Below are positions 12,400 to 25,289 of a stretch of 64,000 nt of DNA, in pieces. The first letter of the stretch is position 1; every line of letters begins with the position of its first letter. Both the position numbers and the translations under genes were made by a program. Below the pieces are notes generated by a model, which saw only the letters and a program-made list of their open reading frames with translations, ran no database searches and was not told the origin of the DNA. The stretch is from contig OZ241834.1 in the NCBI GenBank assembly GCA_965202585.1, positions 26,970,001-27,034,000 of the forward strand, in the 5' to 3' direction. The DNA is from Thalia democratica (Eukaryota).

Positions 12400-12850
12400 T
12401 CAAAAGGCCAATTGGTATAAAAAAATATTCTTTTTCTTTTGTTGGTTGTATTTAATCATGAATGAACAGGTAGTAGGTGCGCCCATTTGCGAATATTTAC
12501 ATAAGCCGTTATTTCTTCGCAAAATCTTTTTGTTCGCCAGATTTAGTCGGATTTCGTGCACTAATAAATTTCCCATCGCAGAATGATTGCTCGCTCATCC
12601 GTGAAGTTTCATTCAAGCCAAATTAACGTAAAGTTATTAATTCTAACATGTAATGAGTTTCGGGTAAAAAGTTTATTTTCTACTTTAAACGTCAATGTTA
12701 TGTGTATAAAAGAATGGTGATTAGCCACGCATGATAGTAGTTCTATTTATAAATTAAAATCAACGAATTAAAAGCTTAAAATTAAGTTGTATACGTAAAA
12801 GAGTGGTATTTTTAACAACGCACGCGTATTAAGAGGTAATTAGTTTTTGA
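12400..12850. promoter_or_regulatory. CpG-rich island, probable PRXL2C promoter, possibly divergent or shared with the 7TM gene
   Basis: CpG-dense patch in very AT-rich flanks with a GGCCAATTGG CCAAT-like palindrome. Lies immediately upstream of the PRXL2C 5' end on the minus strand. Confidence 0.5.
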
Positions 12851-15705
12851 TGATATACAAGGTTTCATATCTAACAATAAAATTAATTTTTTTAGTTTCA
12901 ATATATTGTATAAATTAATTATTTTATATAAACTTTCTGATTAAGTTATTTATCAAAAGACTAGATATAAAGACCTTTGTTTGAAAAGAACTTTGTTCCA
13001 AAATGTAATTGTTACTTTAAACATTGTATTCTGTTACTTAAATATTGTAGTATATTCTCTGTTGGAAACCTTTTCGGAAACAAATTTTTACCAATAAAGT
13101 TTTAGTTAAAATATTTTTTTTAACTATTTAAACTTGTTTTATTGTGTTGGTAAAAACCAGTGTTTACGATATGAAAGCCACTTAATTTTTTTTTAATTTA
13201 AACAAAACTATGTGTTTGATTAAGATTTTTATACATAGTTCTTTTAAAAACCGTTAAATTGTATTACAAAGAAACCTTTAATGCAAATAAGCATATTTTT
13301 AGAAAGCTTTTAATGCAATAAGATTACAAAACGTCTAGTTTTTTATATATAGAAAGTATTTATAAAAATAAATTCAAACTTCTGAAAGTAGAAATGAGCA
13401 TTTATATTTCGTAACATTTTATTCCAATAATTTTTTTTTTAAAGAGGAAGTGTTAAAATAAATATAAAATAAATTATTAAAATAAAAATTACAAACTATA
13501 TTTTATTTTATACTAGAAACCATTACATTACATCTATCTTAATATTTACAGTTTCATTAATTCACTTATAATTTGAAGAAACTGTAAAATAAAAATTTTA
13601 GAAAAGTTATAAAAAACAAGTTTTTTCGTAAGTGAAGTTTAAATTTAAGAAATTTAAAGTTTACGAACAATATATTCTACATTAGGTTAAAGAAAAAAGA
13701 AACAGTCAATATAGTTAAATTATACAATATGTTATCAGTCTATCTCTTAGAAGTTGCTCGATAGTTTTTATGAAAAAATTAGTTTTGTACAGTGTTTTTG
13801 ACATGTTATGTTATCTTTACTTGGTATTTGTTCAATGTTTTACAAGGGTTTTGAACTTTATTTGCTTAAAAAGTGTACATGTTATTTCGGAAGAATAAAT
13901 ACTTCATTGCAAAAAACTTTATCAATAATACTAAACTAAACAGAATTTCTATTAATCAGCTTTTTTGTTTTAGAAAATGGTCAAATTTTACTTTATTAAA
14001 ATATAAACATTTTATTAGCTTGAAAAAATTTTTAGTAAAAATTTAGTTGGAAAAACAGTTTTTAGGTTTTGCATCAACTTTTGTATGCTTTCATTTCAAA
14101 CTTTATATTTATAAAACGAGGAAATTGTTACAACAGTTTGTTTACAAAATAGCATGAGTTTTACAAACTTTAACAATTTAAAACAGATAAGGCAAGTTGA
14201 AATTCAATTAATTTAATGCATTCTAGATAGCACGAGTGACAACGAATATTGATAAATCCTTTCAATTTTAACACAATCGACTAAATGTAATGCCGTTATA
14301 TAGTTTAACTTATAAAAGATATACTAATTTAAATAACTTTAAGCTTATAATTTCCTAAGGGTTTGCAGCTATGACAAGTAGTTCTACTGATAAAGTTTAA
14401 ACAAGTTTAGAACAAAAACACAATCAGTAAACCCCAACTGAATAGTTTAATCTTAGTGTAAATAGAAACAAACATTTAAAATAGTTATACTTTCATTCCT
14501 ATATATCTTTCTTAGATTAAGAAAGTGTATCTTCGAATTTCTCTTTAAAACTTTAAAAACATCATAAACTACATAAACTATTTTACATAAACTTACAGTT
14601 TATACCTTTATATTTCTTAGTATTATATATACTTGTTTATATTTGTTATATTTGTTTTCATAAAGTAATACTTTTAGTTAAGTTTTTATGGGTTGCAAAA
14701 TATACAACTTTGTTTATGCTTATAACTCAATTAAATACTACACCCAAAATTTCACTTTTAAAGTCTCAGTTGAGAAGGTACTATAAGTTTCAAAATAAGA
14801 TTTAGAGCGATAACCATTTTAATTTATCAACATAACAAAAGTTTAAGCTTCATTTAGCCTCAAGTTTAAAAAAAATTATATATATGCAAGCAAAAATCAT
14901 AAATTTTTAGCTAAAACAGAATTTTGAGTTTTGCTTCAATAAAAACCTAAGCTTTAAGTTAAAACTTATCTTTAGTTAATTTTAAACAGTTATCTATAAT
15001 TTTTATGATAAATTTGTAATTCAAAAGTTTGTACAGTACAGTTAAAAAAGAGCATTTAATTAATTTTAAACACATTTAAAAAACTTTTCTAAATTCTAAT
15101 AAATTTTCAGCTTTTTTATACTCTCAGATAATAAAATTTATATCATAGAATTTAAGTCTTTTGTTAAATTTTTAAGCTTTAAACTTCAACTACGTTTGCA
15201 ATTTCTAGTAATAATTAAAGTCTATGAAGCTTATTTTATTTAATCTTGTGGTTTTAGATGTCATTTTCTAAGCGAAATTAAAATATTTCAAAGTTGTTTA
15301 AAAACGTAGGTAACAAAATTTAATACTTTTTAAGAAACATGCAGACTTTTGAAATGCTGTACAAACTTTTAATTTACATTATGTAGTTAGATTTAATCGT
15401 ATTTACTTGTATCATTTAAAACTAAACTTTAACAACTAAATACTTTATAAAGTTCTTTAAAAATGACGAAAAATATAAACTATGATCGATAATTTTTTTT
15501 AATTATTCCATTTTATATGTTTTTAAATTCGTATACGAAAACTACTTGCTCGTAAATCTATCTTGTTCACAGATACATCATTAAAAAAATGCCGCAATTT
15601 TATATTATAAAGTAGGCAATTTAAAACTTGTATCGTTTATTGCAAGTAGGCGATGATTTTTAATTCAATGAAGTTAACAAACTAATCACAATTTGCCAAA
15701 CAAAC

Positions 15706-16790
15706 ATGAACGGCAACTTGACTTCAAACTTCACCGCTCAACTTCATGACGAAAAAAGTTTGGAGAAAAATTACGAGAAAATATTTGTTCCGCACGATGG
15801 CGTCAACCAGACAATTACTCACGGAATAAACTGCAGCATACTATTTCTGATGTCACTACTACTATTCACCGTAATCTTCACCAAAACAAGAACATTCTAC
15901 ACACCAAGCAACAAAAAAGCCACCATCCTGTGCTTGACCATATCCGTTTTAAGAATCTTTATATCGGAAACAGTCATATATTTCAACTTTTTGACTTACT
16001 ATATTATAAAACTAGGTTTGGAGCCGGATTTTTGCTGCAAATTTCTCGTCGGCTCTGGCGTGTTTCTGCTTGACTGCGCGATAATGGTCGTGTTCCTAAT
16101 GTACTGGATGAAACAGAAACAGCTGTACAGGTGTAAGGTTTTGAAGAAGCTGAACACATTCACAATAAAGGCGTTGAGTATTGTTTGCTTGCTCACTGGA
16201 CTCGTAACTCCCTTCGTCCTCACTCTTTGGTTCGTCACGGTCAAGGAGTTCCGAGTCGACCAAAAAGGCTTTTGTTACGTCATAAACACACCGTATCTAA
16301 ACTTCTTCATCGTCACCTTCTCCTTGAAACTGTTCATACTGGTTTGTTTAGCGCTTTTATTCTCTTTACCCTTAAAAGAGCTCATGGAAAAAACTAAAAA
16401 GAGCAAGATGACGTCATCAACTTCCATCAACAATTACGTGTACAGGAACAAGATGAAGAGCACTATAAGGTTCAATATTTTTACATACCTAACTTTATAT
16501 ATGTACTTTTTACTAACAGCAATCTTTTTTACAAAAACAAAACTTTTCAACTAAATAACAACTGTTAAAAGACAATACAACAGAAAAAAAAAGTTCAAGT
16601 TTTATTCAGGTTCAACATATTCGGATTGTCCATGTCTCTCCTGTGTATCATGGTGGTGACTCTGTGCAACGCGATGCTGCTTAAGTTGAACTACCCGGTT
16701 CACTACAGGATAGTGGCTGGCAATTTCGCGCTTTCTCTGCTGGTTTTCACCTTCTTTGTGTTCGTGAACAAGCTGTTCTGCTCGTTTTAG
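15706..16790 (+). CDS. Orphan seven-transmembrane GPCR-like protein, 314 aa, two coding exons (15706-16469, 16610-16790)
   Basis: N-terminal N-glycosylation sequons (NLT, NFT, NQT), seven hydrophobic segments, and Cys at the top of TM3 (FCCKF) and in ECL2 (GFCYV). A 140-nt GT-AG phase-2 intron (16470-16609) restores TM6-TM7 (FNIFGLSMSLLCIMVVTLCNAMLL...IVAGNFALSLLVFTFFVFVNKLFCSF*). No DRY or NPxxY. AATAAA at 16858. Upstream acceptor TTGTTCACAG at 15572. Confidence 0.8.
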
Positions 16791-18949
16791 ATAAGAATGT
16801 TTGTAAACTGACCTATTTGTTATAGAAAATCAGTTTTTATTTTTTGTGTTTTTTCAAAATAAACAGCACTTTTTACCGCAAAAGTTTTAAAGGCTTCTAA
16901 CCATTTATGTTTTCGATAGGTATTTCAAAATATGTTTAAATAAAAATTTTTCTTTCAATGCACCATTAAATTTTAATATACATTTTGTTTTGGCATTTGT
17001 TTTTTTTTTCTTTTGTAAATAATAATCATTTTAATGCTTGTGATTTAGCTTAGATTTTGCTGCGTCTTTTAAAAGTTATAAAGGTTTCTCAATATCGATA
17101 CTTCTTGTACCTGTTTTATAGGTGTTGACATATATTTTTTGTTTTTTTCACAATCGACTTAAAAATTTGTTAGAGTTTTAAATTGTTTTCACAAAAAAAG
17201 TTTTGTTTAATAAAAACAAGTGTTAAGAAATGTTTCTTACATGTTTTACTCTTGTATCAAGCTAAAGTTTAAAAATGTTATATAATTTGTTTTAATTGTT
17301 ATAGTTCTAAAAATTTATAAAAATGATACTAAAACATTGTCGATAAACTTGATTTTACTCAGGTCGTATTTTTGTACATATATTTTTTAATTTGTTTATT
17401 TTAAATAAAAAAAAAATCTACAGCAAAATTTATCATTCCTGGAAAATTCTATCATTAAAAATTGTATTTAGTCATTAAATGCATGTACTTTTTATTTGCA
17501 TTCAAGTTAATTGAAAATTATTTCTACAAAAACTAGACTTCTTAACTAAAAGAAAATGTACTTTTTGTTTTCAAAATAGTATTTGGCAAATTAGGTTTTG
17601 CCCTAAGAGCTCGTCAGTGCTTAAGATAATCTGAAAAAAATCTAAAATACAATTGTTTTTTTTTTAGTTCTACTAAATTTCTAAAATAAATAATAAAAGT
17701 ATAGTAGAGCAAATGCCGAAAAAATACAAAATAATGCAAGTTTTATTTTCTAATACTCTGAACGTGTGTAAAGCAGCTTAAGTTTGTTTTAAAAACAAAC
17801 AAGCGTAAACGTAAAATTAAGAAGGAAATATTACAAATAAACTTACTAAAACGTGAAAATAATTATGTATTTACAGGGCTTAGCCGATTTAAAAACTACT
17901 TTAGAATAAATTTTACTAAAAATTATAAGTATGTTGAATAAGTCGAACGAGAAAATTGTATTCACGGGGTGTTTCTAAAATTTAAAGCTTTACATGGATT
18001 AACACATACGTTTAAGGCTACTTAGTTTTTTAATTAAACTATAAATATAAATCTTTAGAGGTCAACGGATATTGTTGTTGTTTATACAATAAGCTATAAG
18101 GTTAACCGATCAAACTCCGCTTTAGCATGATAAGGCAAACTTTTATAATAAATTTAGTTTGTAGTTCAACAAAAAGTTATAAATAACTAGCATTATAACA
18201 TTTTTATGTCGTTATAGAATACAAACATTGGAAGTTTAGGTATATTAGTTAACATTTAGTAAAAAAAATAAAATTTAAAGTTAAATGTTTTTTGAAAAAC
18301 AAACTGTTTTTGTTTATAGTGCTGTATAATTTAGTTCACCTTTATACCAGTTAATGTTTTGTACGAAAAAAACAATATAAAACTTTTATTATATAAACTT
18401 ACAAGGTTAGATAAAAAATAGATTTGATGTGGTTGTCCTAATCACTGAAACAATCTAAATTTGTGAACTTAATAAACACGTTTTCAATATATTTTTTCAC
18501 ACAACTATTTTTAGCAGAATCCTATAAAGCATAACATTAAACTAATATGCACAATAAGTACAAACTGCCTTACATAACGTCCCCATAATTTCTGACAGAT
18601 AATATTAAATTACTGTATTTATTTATCTGTAAGTGGATTACACGTAAAAAGTGAAGGCTTACAATGGTACAAGATAACATCTAAAGAGCTAAAACTAAAC
18701 ATTACTCTCGGCTTTAAAAAGTTCAAAACCCATATATTCGAAAGTTGAAAAAGGTTATATAAACTGAAATTTGTTTTAGTATAATATCCAAGGATCAGTC
18801 CTTAACTGCTGGCAAAAGAAATTACAAGGGATTGTTGAACGTAAAATTTTAGATACCTGTACAAATTATAAATTTAAAGTTTTATAATTTTTTTAAATAT
18901 AAAAGTTAATACTTTGACAAACTTAAATTTAATATCATTTATTACAGCT

Positions 18950-20440
18950 CAGTCTATGAGAAGCAATAAAAGTATGATGATATTATATTACATAAAAGAC
19001 CTATATATAAAATTATCATCGTTGAACAAGTTTTCGTTTATTTATTTTTCCCTTATCAAACTACGATAAATTGAAACTACTAAAAATTAACCAAAGAAAA
19101 TTTTTAAATAAAGATAAGGTAAAAGCTGCAAATGTTGAAAATTAAGTCATTTGTAACATTCTGATAGTTGAAATCTAATATTTTAAAGATTTTTTTCTAG
19201 CTTTGTTTAACTAAAAGTTTTTTGTATTTTATCTACTTTAACTAAGAAGTAAGTTTGGTTTGGTGCTTTCTACACTTAGTAAGAATGTAATGAGCATAAA
19301 AACAAACTTCATTTTCCTTAGTGATTCCAAAGAATGATTTTAGCTTAGTTTTGTTTTAAATACTTTTGTAACAATTAAACTAATATTTATATCTAAGTTT
19401 TTAAAACCTTTTGGTCTTATTGAGATAAAATGAGTTCTGGAATTTTTCTCTTTACAAAATAATGTTTCCGATGAAAATAATTCAATTAAACTTCCTAATG
19501 ATGCAGGATTAACGTAGCTTCAAAAGCAATTGTATAGAAGTTTGGTCATTACGAAAATTTTTTGAATTTTTGGATAAAAACCAAGTAGAATTAAAAGTCA
19601 AAAATTTTTTTTTTTAAGTTATAACTTAGTAAAAATAAAAAGAAAAATATGAACAGAAATGTTGTGTGCTTTAGCAATGATTTGATTGATGACGCTATCA
19701 CAGTTCGGTCTGTGAGCTATAAAATTATATAAATATACGCCCCAAATATAAACTTATCATAGCTGAACAAGTTTTTTTTCCTGAGTATCAAATATACCAA
19801 AATTGAAGTTACTATAAATTGACATAGAGATACATTGAAATAAAGATATGGTAAAAAGTGCAAAAGTTAAAATTTAAATTTTTTTTAACATGCTTTTTAG
19901 TCAGTTTTTATACTTTTATCAAGTTACGACTTGGTTAACTAAAAGATTTTGTTATTTTATATACTGCAACTACAAGTAATTTTTACTTTGTAATAAATAA
20001 GTTTAGTAAAAATTTTTTGGATCATAAAAACAACTATACTTTTTCTGAATGAATACAAAAGAAAAAAAAAGTTTATAAACTAATTTTGTTGAAATATTCA
20101 AACCAATATTCGTATCTAAGTTTCAAAATTTTAAGTTCTAATTGAGAAGAGTTGACATCTGTAACATTTCTCTATACAAAATGAGTTTTCCATTAAAAAT
20201 ACTTCAATTAAATCATCCTAATGGTGCAGGATTAACATTGCTTTAAAATCAATTATATAGAAATATAATCATCACAATCATTTTTTGAATTTTTGGAGAA
20301 AAACCAAGTAGGTTCAAAAGTAAAATAACTTTATTATAAAAAACTATAATTTGCAAGTAATTGAAAAAAATAAATATACAAAGAAAACTACAAAAAGAAA
20401 TATGGTATGTTATATCAATAATTTGATTAACAACGTTTCA
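18950..20440. repeat. Diverged tandem duplication, two units of ~740 bp
   Basis: Colinear shared blocks such as TATCAT..TGAACAAGTTTT, TTCAATTAAA..CCTAAT(G/GG)TGCAGGATTAAC and TTTTTTGAATTTTTGGA(T/G)AAAAACCAAGTAG in ~18950-19700 and ~19706-20440. Confidence 0.75.
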
Positions 20441-21243
20441 ATCGAACGTTTATTATCAAATAAAAAAAAATATAACATAGAAATAGGTATCAACAAACAA
20501 GCAAAAAAAACAATAATGTTTTAAATGGTACAAAAATATTAAACTTATATCAAATTATTCAATGTAAAATGTAATTAGTGAAGCTTATAAATCACGTATA
20601 AAAGTGTAATAAAATTATTCAACACCCAATAAACATTTGCTTTACTTAGATTAGTTGGTTTAATTTACATAAAAAACTATATAAGAAAATTAAGTTGTAC
20701 TTAATGACTCTTGATTGTTTGGTTTTGTTCCTAATAGTGTTATTGGTTTGCACGTTAGTTTTAATTATAAAATCTAATTATGATTTATATAAAATCGAAA
20801 AGTATTTAATTAAATGGTTAATCACTCTGGTTTTTGTTTTACGCTCCCAAAACAAAAATGTTTCCATTTAACTTATGTAACAAAAATGATCTAGTTTCTT
20901 GTTCTCAAAGCATTTACTAACATTTTTCTATAAGCGAAACTTTTAATTACTATATTTGTTCAATTCCATTAATAATATTATGTAGTAAATGTTTTAAATA
21001 TATTAAATAACATTTAATAATTTATATTAAAATTAAATATTCAGAACGATAGTCAAATAATCAATTAGTATAAATTAACCTATTTGAATAAATTATAAAG
21101 CTTGTGGTTATGCAAGTAACATTACAACGTAAGTTTAAAAACTTTTTTTTGACTAGAATATACAAAAAAGTATTTTAGAAAAACTATTTAATTATGATTG
21201 CACTAAAATTTAAAATCATATAGAATTTTAGATACCAAATGAA

Positions 21244-21465
21244 AAGTAATTAAAAGTTTTCAGCAATGGTAATATACATAACAAATTTTATGAAAGCTTT
21301 AGTATCATAAGTATCAGTTAAGTCTAAAAATTATTTCACTAAAATGTAAAAAATATAAAATACCTATCACTTTTAACCATTAAAGCTTTCAAAGACTAAA
21401 AAGTAAATTAAAGTATTTTAGCAATGACAATATACATAATCAACTTAATAAAATCTTTAGTTTTC
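21244..21465. repeat. Short local duplication (~65-bp core, ~155-bp period)
   Basis: AATTAAA..TTT(C/T)AGCAATG(GT/AC)AATATACATAA occurs at ~21248 and ~21405. Confidence 0.55.
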
Positions 21466-22379
21466 TACCGCTAAAATTTTATTGAGATACTTTTGTTTTC
21501 TTAAAACAAAATTGAACCATAAGTATTTATAAACGTTTATCTTGAAAAAAGCTAGAAAAATAACACTTCGGAATAGGATGATTGATATCAGTCTAAAAAT
21601 ATTTTCCTTTTAGGCTTAGACTAATTAAGAAACAGTTATTTATATAATAATAATTTGAAAAATAATGTAAAATAAAATACTGAAAAGCGATGTACGATAT
21701 TTTTTTCTCTAAAATGCTTCAAAATCTTAAAAGTGTAGAAAAATATACAACTAACTATTTCTCTTATGTTCGAAAAACAATCTTATTTATGTAAAAAAAT
21801 AAATTAATTCAAGTGAGTATTTTTGAACTTTGATTTTTTATGACTAGAAATAAACTTCAAAAAGAGCTAAAATATAAAATTCTAAAGCAATCCATGAAAA
21901 TTAAGTTTAAGAAAACAGGATTAGCTCACTAAAGTATTCCAGACATGTATAATACATAAGAACGTTTAGTGTCACATTTTTCCTCAATGCAACCTTTTAT
22001 TAATTTCCAAGTATTTCTAATGAAAAGTTTAAAATCTAAAGTGTAAAATTTTTTTTTCACATAAACTAGAAAGTATAAACACTTTTTATTTAAATACATA
22101 TATATATATTTTCGGTTAATATAATAAAATTATATATAATAATATATAGCGGTTTTTCTACTTAAAAAAAGCATAATTTTGAAGTGCAAAAGATTTTTGT
22201 AGAAAGCAACAAGTTTTAAACATTTAAAAAACATACGTATATATTTTTCTAATACAGCGGTTCTTTGCAATATTTATATACAATTTGCAACAGACCTTCG
22301 TCATTTTTTTTTATTAACCATTGAATTACATAGCGCAATTCACGCACAAGTGCTAAAAATAATAATTAAAATAATTCTA

Positions 22380-22800
22380 CGTGTATTCAGACGCTATCAA
22401 AGAGTTGCGCGGTCGATTTAATTACCTGCGATGCGCCAAAAAGTTCCTGCGAAAAGCCAAGTGCGTCAATGATCACAGTTTTACAAGGTTTTTTTCTGAA
22501 CGCTCTCCTCTGAAACCGCAAAAGTGGCCTGAAACCTCTTTCCTCTTTCGAAACTTCGCCGCTGCTGGTTAGCAACGACGACGCGCAGACTGGTTGCGGT
22601 TGCCAGGGTGAATTCCTGCGCGCACTCACGCGTGAATTTCGAAGTTTTTTTTCGTTTTTTCTTTTTGTTTTCCTCAATGTTCAGCGCGTCACATGGTCGG
22701 TTGTGTTTTCAATATTTCTTTTTGTTTCTCGCTTCCAAGTTTAATGGGCGCTTAGTGCGCGAGGTGTTGTGATAAGCGCGCTGATTAATTGGGGCAGTTG
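22380..22800 (+). promoter_or_regulatory. CpG island, probable promoter of the long DLC-family isoform
   Basis: Dense CpG/GCGC patch followed by a strongly T/G-rich plus-strand tract with several AG acceptors and a GAG|GTTTAT donor at 22917. A strong acceptor TTTACAG at 25236 precedes the ATG at 25290. Confidence 0.55.
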
Positions 22801-25289
22801 TTGATTTGTTTGTTTTTCAGTTATGTTTTTGTTCTTTTTTTTTAGTATTCATTGCTTTGTTTTAGTTAAGTTTTTATTGAAATTTTTATTGATAATTTTT
22901 TGTAGTACGAAGTGGAGGTTTATAGGTTCCGTTCTTAAAACAATTGATTTTTATTGATTAAAAATTACGCTTTACTATAGATAAATTTGACAATAGTTTG
23001 ATTAAATTTTTAGTTTTAAGATATTTTAAAAAACATACGCGATTATTTCAATTTTTTAATTTTTAAGAAAATACTAAAATCTATTAAACTGGAAGTCAAG
23101 TTATTACTTTTTTTTATTTCTCAAAACTTTTTTTTTGATGAATTACTTGTGGAACAGCGATAACAAATAAAAAACTTCAAAACCATAATTTTTATAAGTT
23201 AACTGTTGTATTATTTTTTATGAAATGCACGTAGTAAAAACTTATATAACCTTATAGCCATTGGTAAAAAATAAAAATAAAACAATAAAAAAAATTATTA
23301 TTTAAAAGTAATAAAATTAAATAACGCCTGTTTTTTATTTTTCTCAAAACAAAAGTTTAATTTTGAAAAAAAAGAACAAGTTTTCCATATAGTTTTTGTG
23401 TTATGAACTTGAATATAAATTACTGCAAATTGCAAAATGTTTTAAATTTTTCTAAACAAGGAAACATAAAAAAAGGTCTATTTAGTTCAATTTACTACGT
23501 TATACTGTTTTACACATGAGATTATAGATTTTAAACACATTAAAGTTAGGTGTGTTTTATAGCTAGGTGTTAGGCTTGCGATTAAACATGTTTTTATGCA
23601 AACCATTTCGTTATACATCATATAGCCTTGAAAAAGACTAGTTGTTAAAAGATGAAAACATATTATTACTCTGTTGTTGAGGATGTTTTTAAGCGCTTGA
23701 TTTAAAAAAAATGTTTTAGAATTTCGGTCTAAACCACTTGTTTTAATTAAAAGATCTAAGAAGTTGTTAAACTTTCGTTATATTTATGTCACTTGTAGTT
23801 AATAAAAATTTCGTACTTACACTTTTTCTTATATTAATAACTACGTTTTAAATTTTTAAGTTCGTTTATTATTAAGTTTACAGTTTTCTTAAACAAATAA
23901 AATAGTTTTTCAATTTTTAACATATCAACAAATTGTCATTCAAACAGCGTTCAAATAAAAAGTTGTTAAACAAAACATCGATACGCCGTAAAATTTCATT
24001 TCGAAATACGCATTTGTTGAAAAACAAGCGAATTCTTTCGACGGGTGCATAACATATATTTGATGGTTGAAACGAGAAATTGTTTACAATTCTGCAGTTA
24101 TTTAGTAGACAGTAAAAACAAGGTGCCTCAGTCAAAAGTTCAACACTTTTCTCTAGATACTTTAATTTTATTTGTTTTAAATGTTTGTTATAGGAATAAG
24201 CAAAGTCTCTTTTTGTCAACTGTAAGTGTTGAGTAAAGTCCAAGCATTGTTTGAGTTTGCATTTTTGTGCTTTAGGTTTACTAAAAAAGTGTTTTAAAAA
24301 TAGATAACTTATAAATAGTTTGTTTAATAAATTTGTCCTGTTTTCACTTTAAATATCACAGTAAAAATTTTCTTAATTTTGTAGACAGCCACTTATTTGT
24401 AGAAAAACTTAAAATCGATCTTGTTTAACAACAGTAGAGTAATATAAAGTTATCATAATTACATTACTTACGAACAAACTTTATATTTTTTCATAAACAA
24501 CTTCAACATTTTCCAACCTGTTCGCAAAACCTTGAACTTGAAGTATACGCGCAAAAATAAACTTTAGCGAAACGAAAGGAAAACATCCATTAAAGTTCAA
24601 AATTATATTTAGTACACCTTAGCATGCTCAAATAATCACCGCTGATGGAAATATGTTTGGAATATTTCCTACGGTTGGAAAGAAACCTCACCTTCGATTT
24701 TTCCTACTTGATGCCCTTTCATCCGTTTAAATTGTTTAATTTCTCATCATTGAAGCCTCCATTCCTGCCATGCTTGTTAATGAAAAGTTGTTATGAAATC
24801 AGTTTTGATTTTAACAGGGATTTAAATTTTTCGGGAACAGTTTAAGTTGTAATACGCTTTTTTAAACTAGGTTTTTGTGTTTATTTCTTATGTATAATAA
24901 AAAAACCACCTCTTGTTTCAAGTAAAAAAGTAATTATGTACTCTTTTAACTATGTTAGTTAATTTTAGAACAATTTTTTATTTCTAAGCTTTAATCAACA
25001 CTACAAAAAACTTACATAAACAGTTATCAGGCTGAATTGTTCTTTTACTGACACAATAATGAACAAAAAAAAACTTATTTACTTCTTATTTTGCGCTGTA
25101 CAAAAGTATTTTACACAACTAAAAAACTAATAAAAATAACAGATGACTTCAATATTAAATAATAAGCAAATATAACTTATTTGACAAAAACAAGGTGTAC
25201 TCTTATACAACATGAAAAACCTTTTAAACTTTACAGGATTTCATAGAATAAATAAACTTAGATAAATCATTAAAAAAATAATAAAAACC

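Noticed and set aside
16470-16554. C-terminal 28 aa of the 282-aa ORF-track protein
   Set aside because: Best explained as read-through into a GT-AG intron. Splicing to 16610 gives the missing TM6-TM7 in GC3-rich coding style. Kept only as a possible retained-intron isoform.
22381-22677. 63-aa and 96-aa ORFs in the CpG island
   Set aside because: Non-ATG starts, no splice-compatible partners or domains; by-products of raised GC in a promoter.
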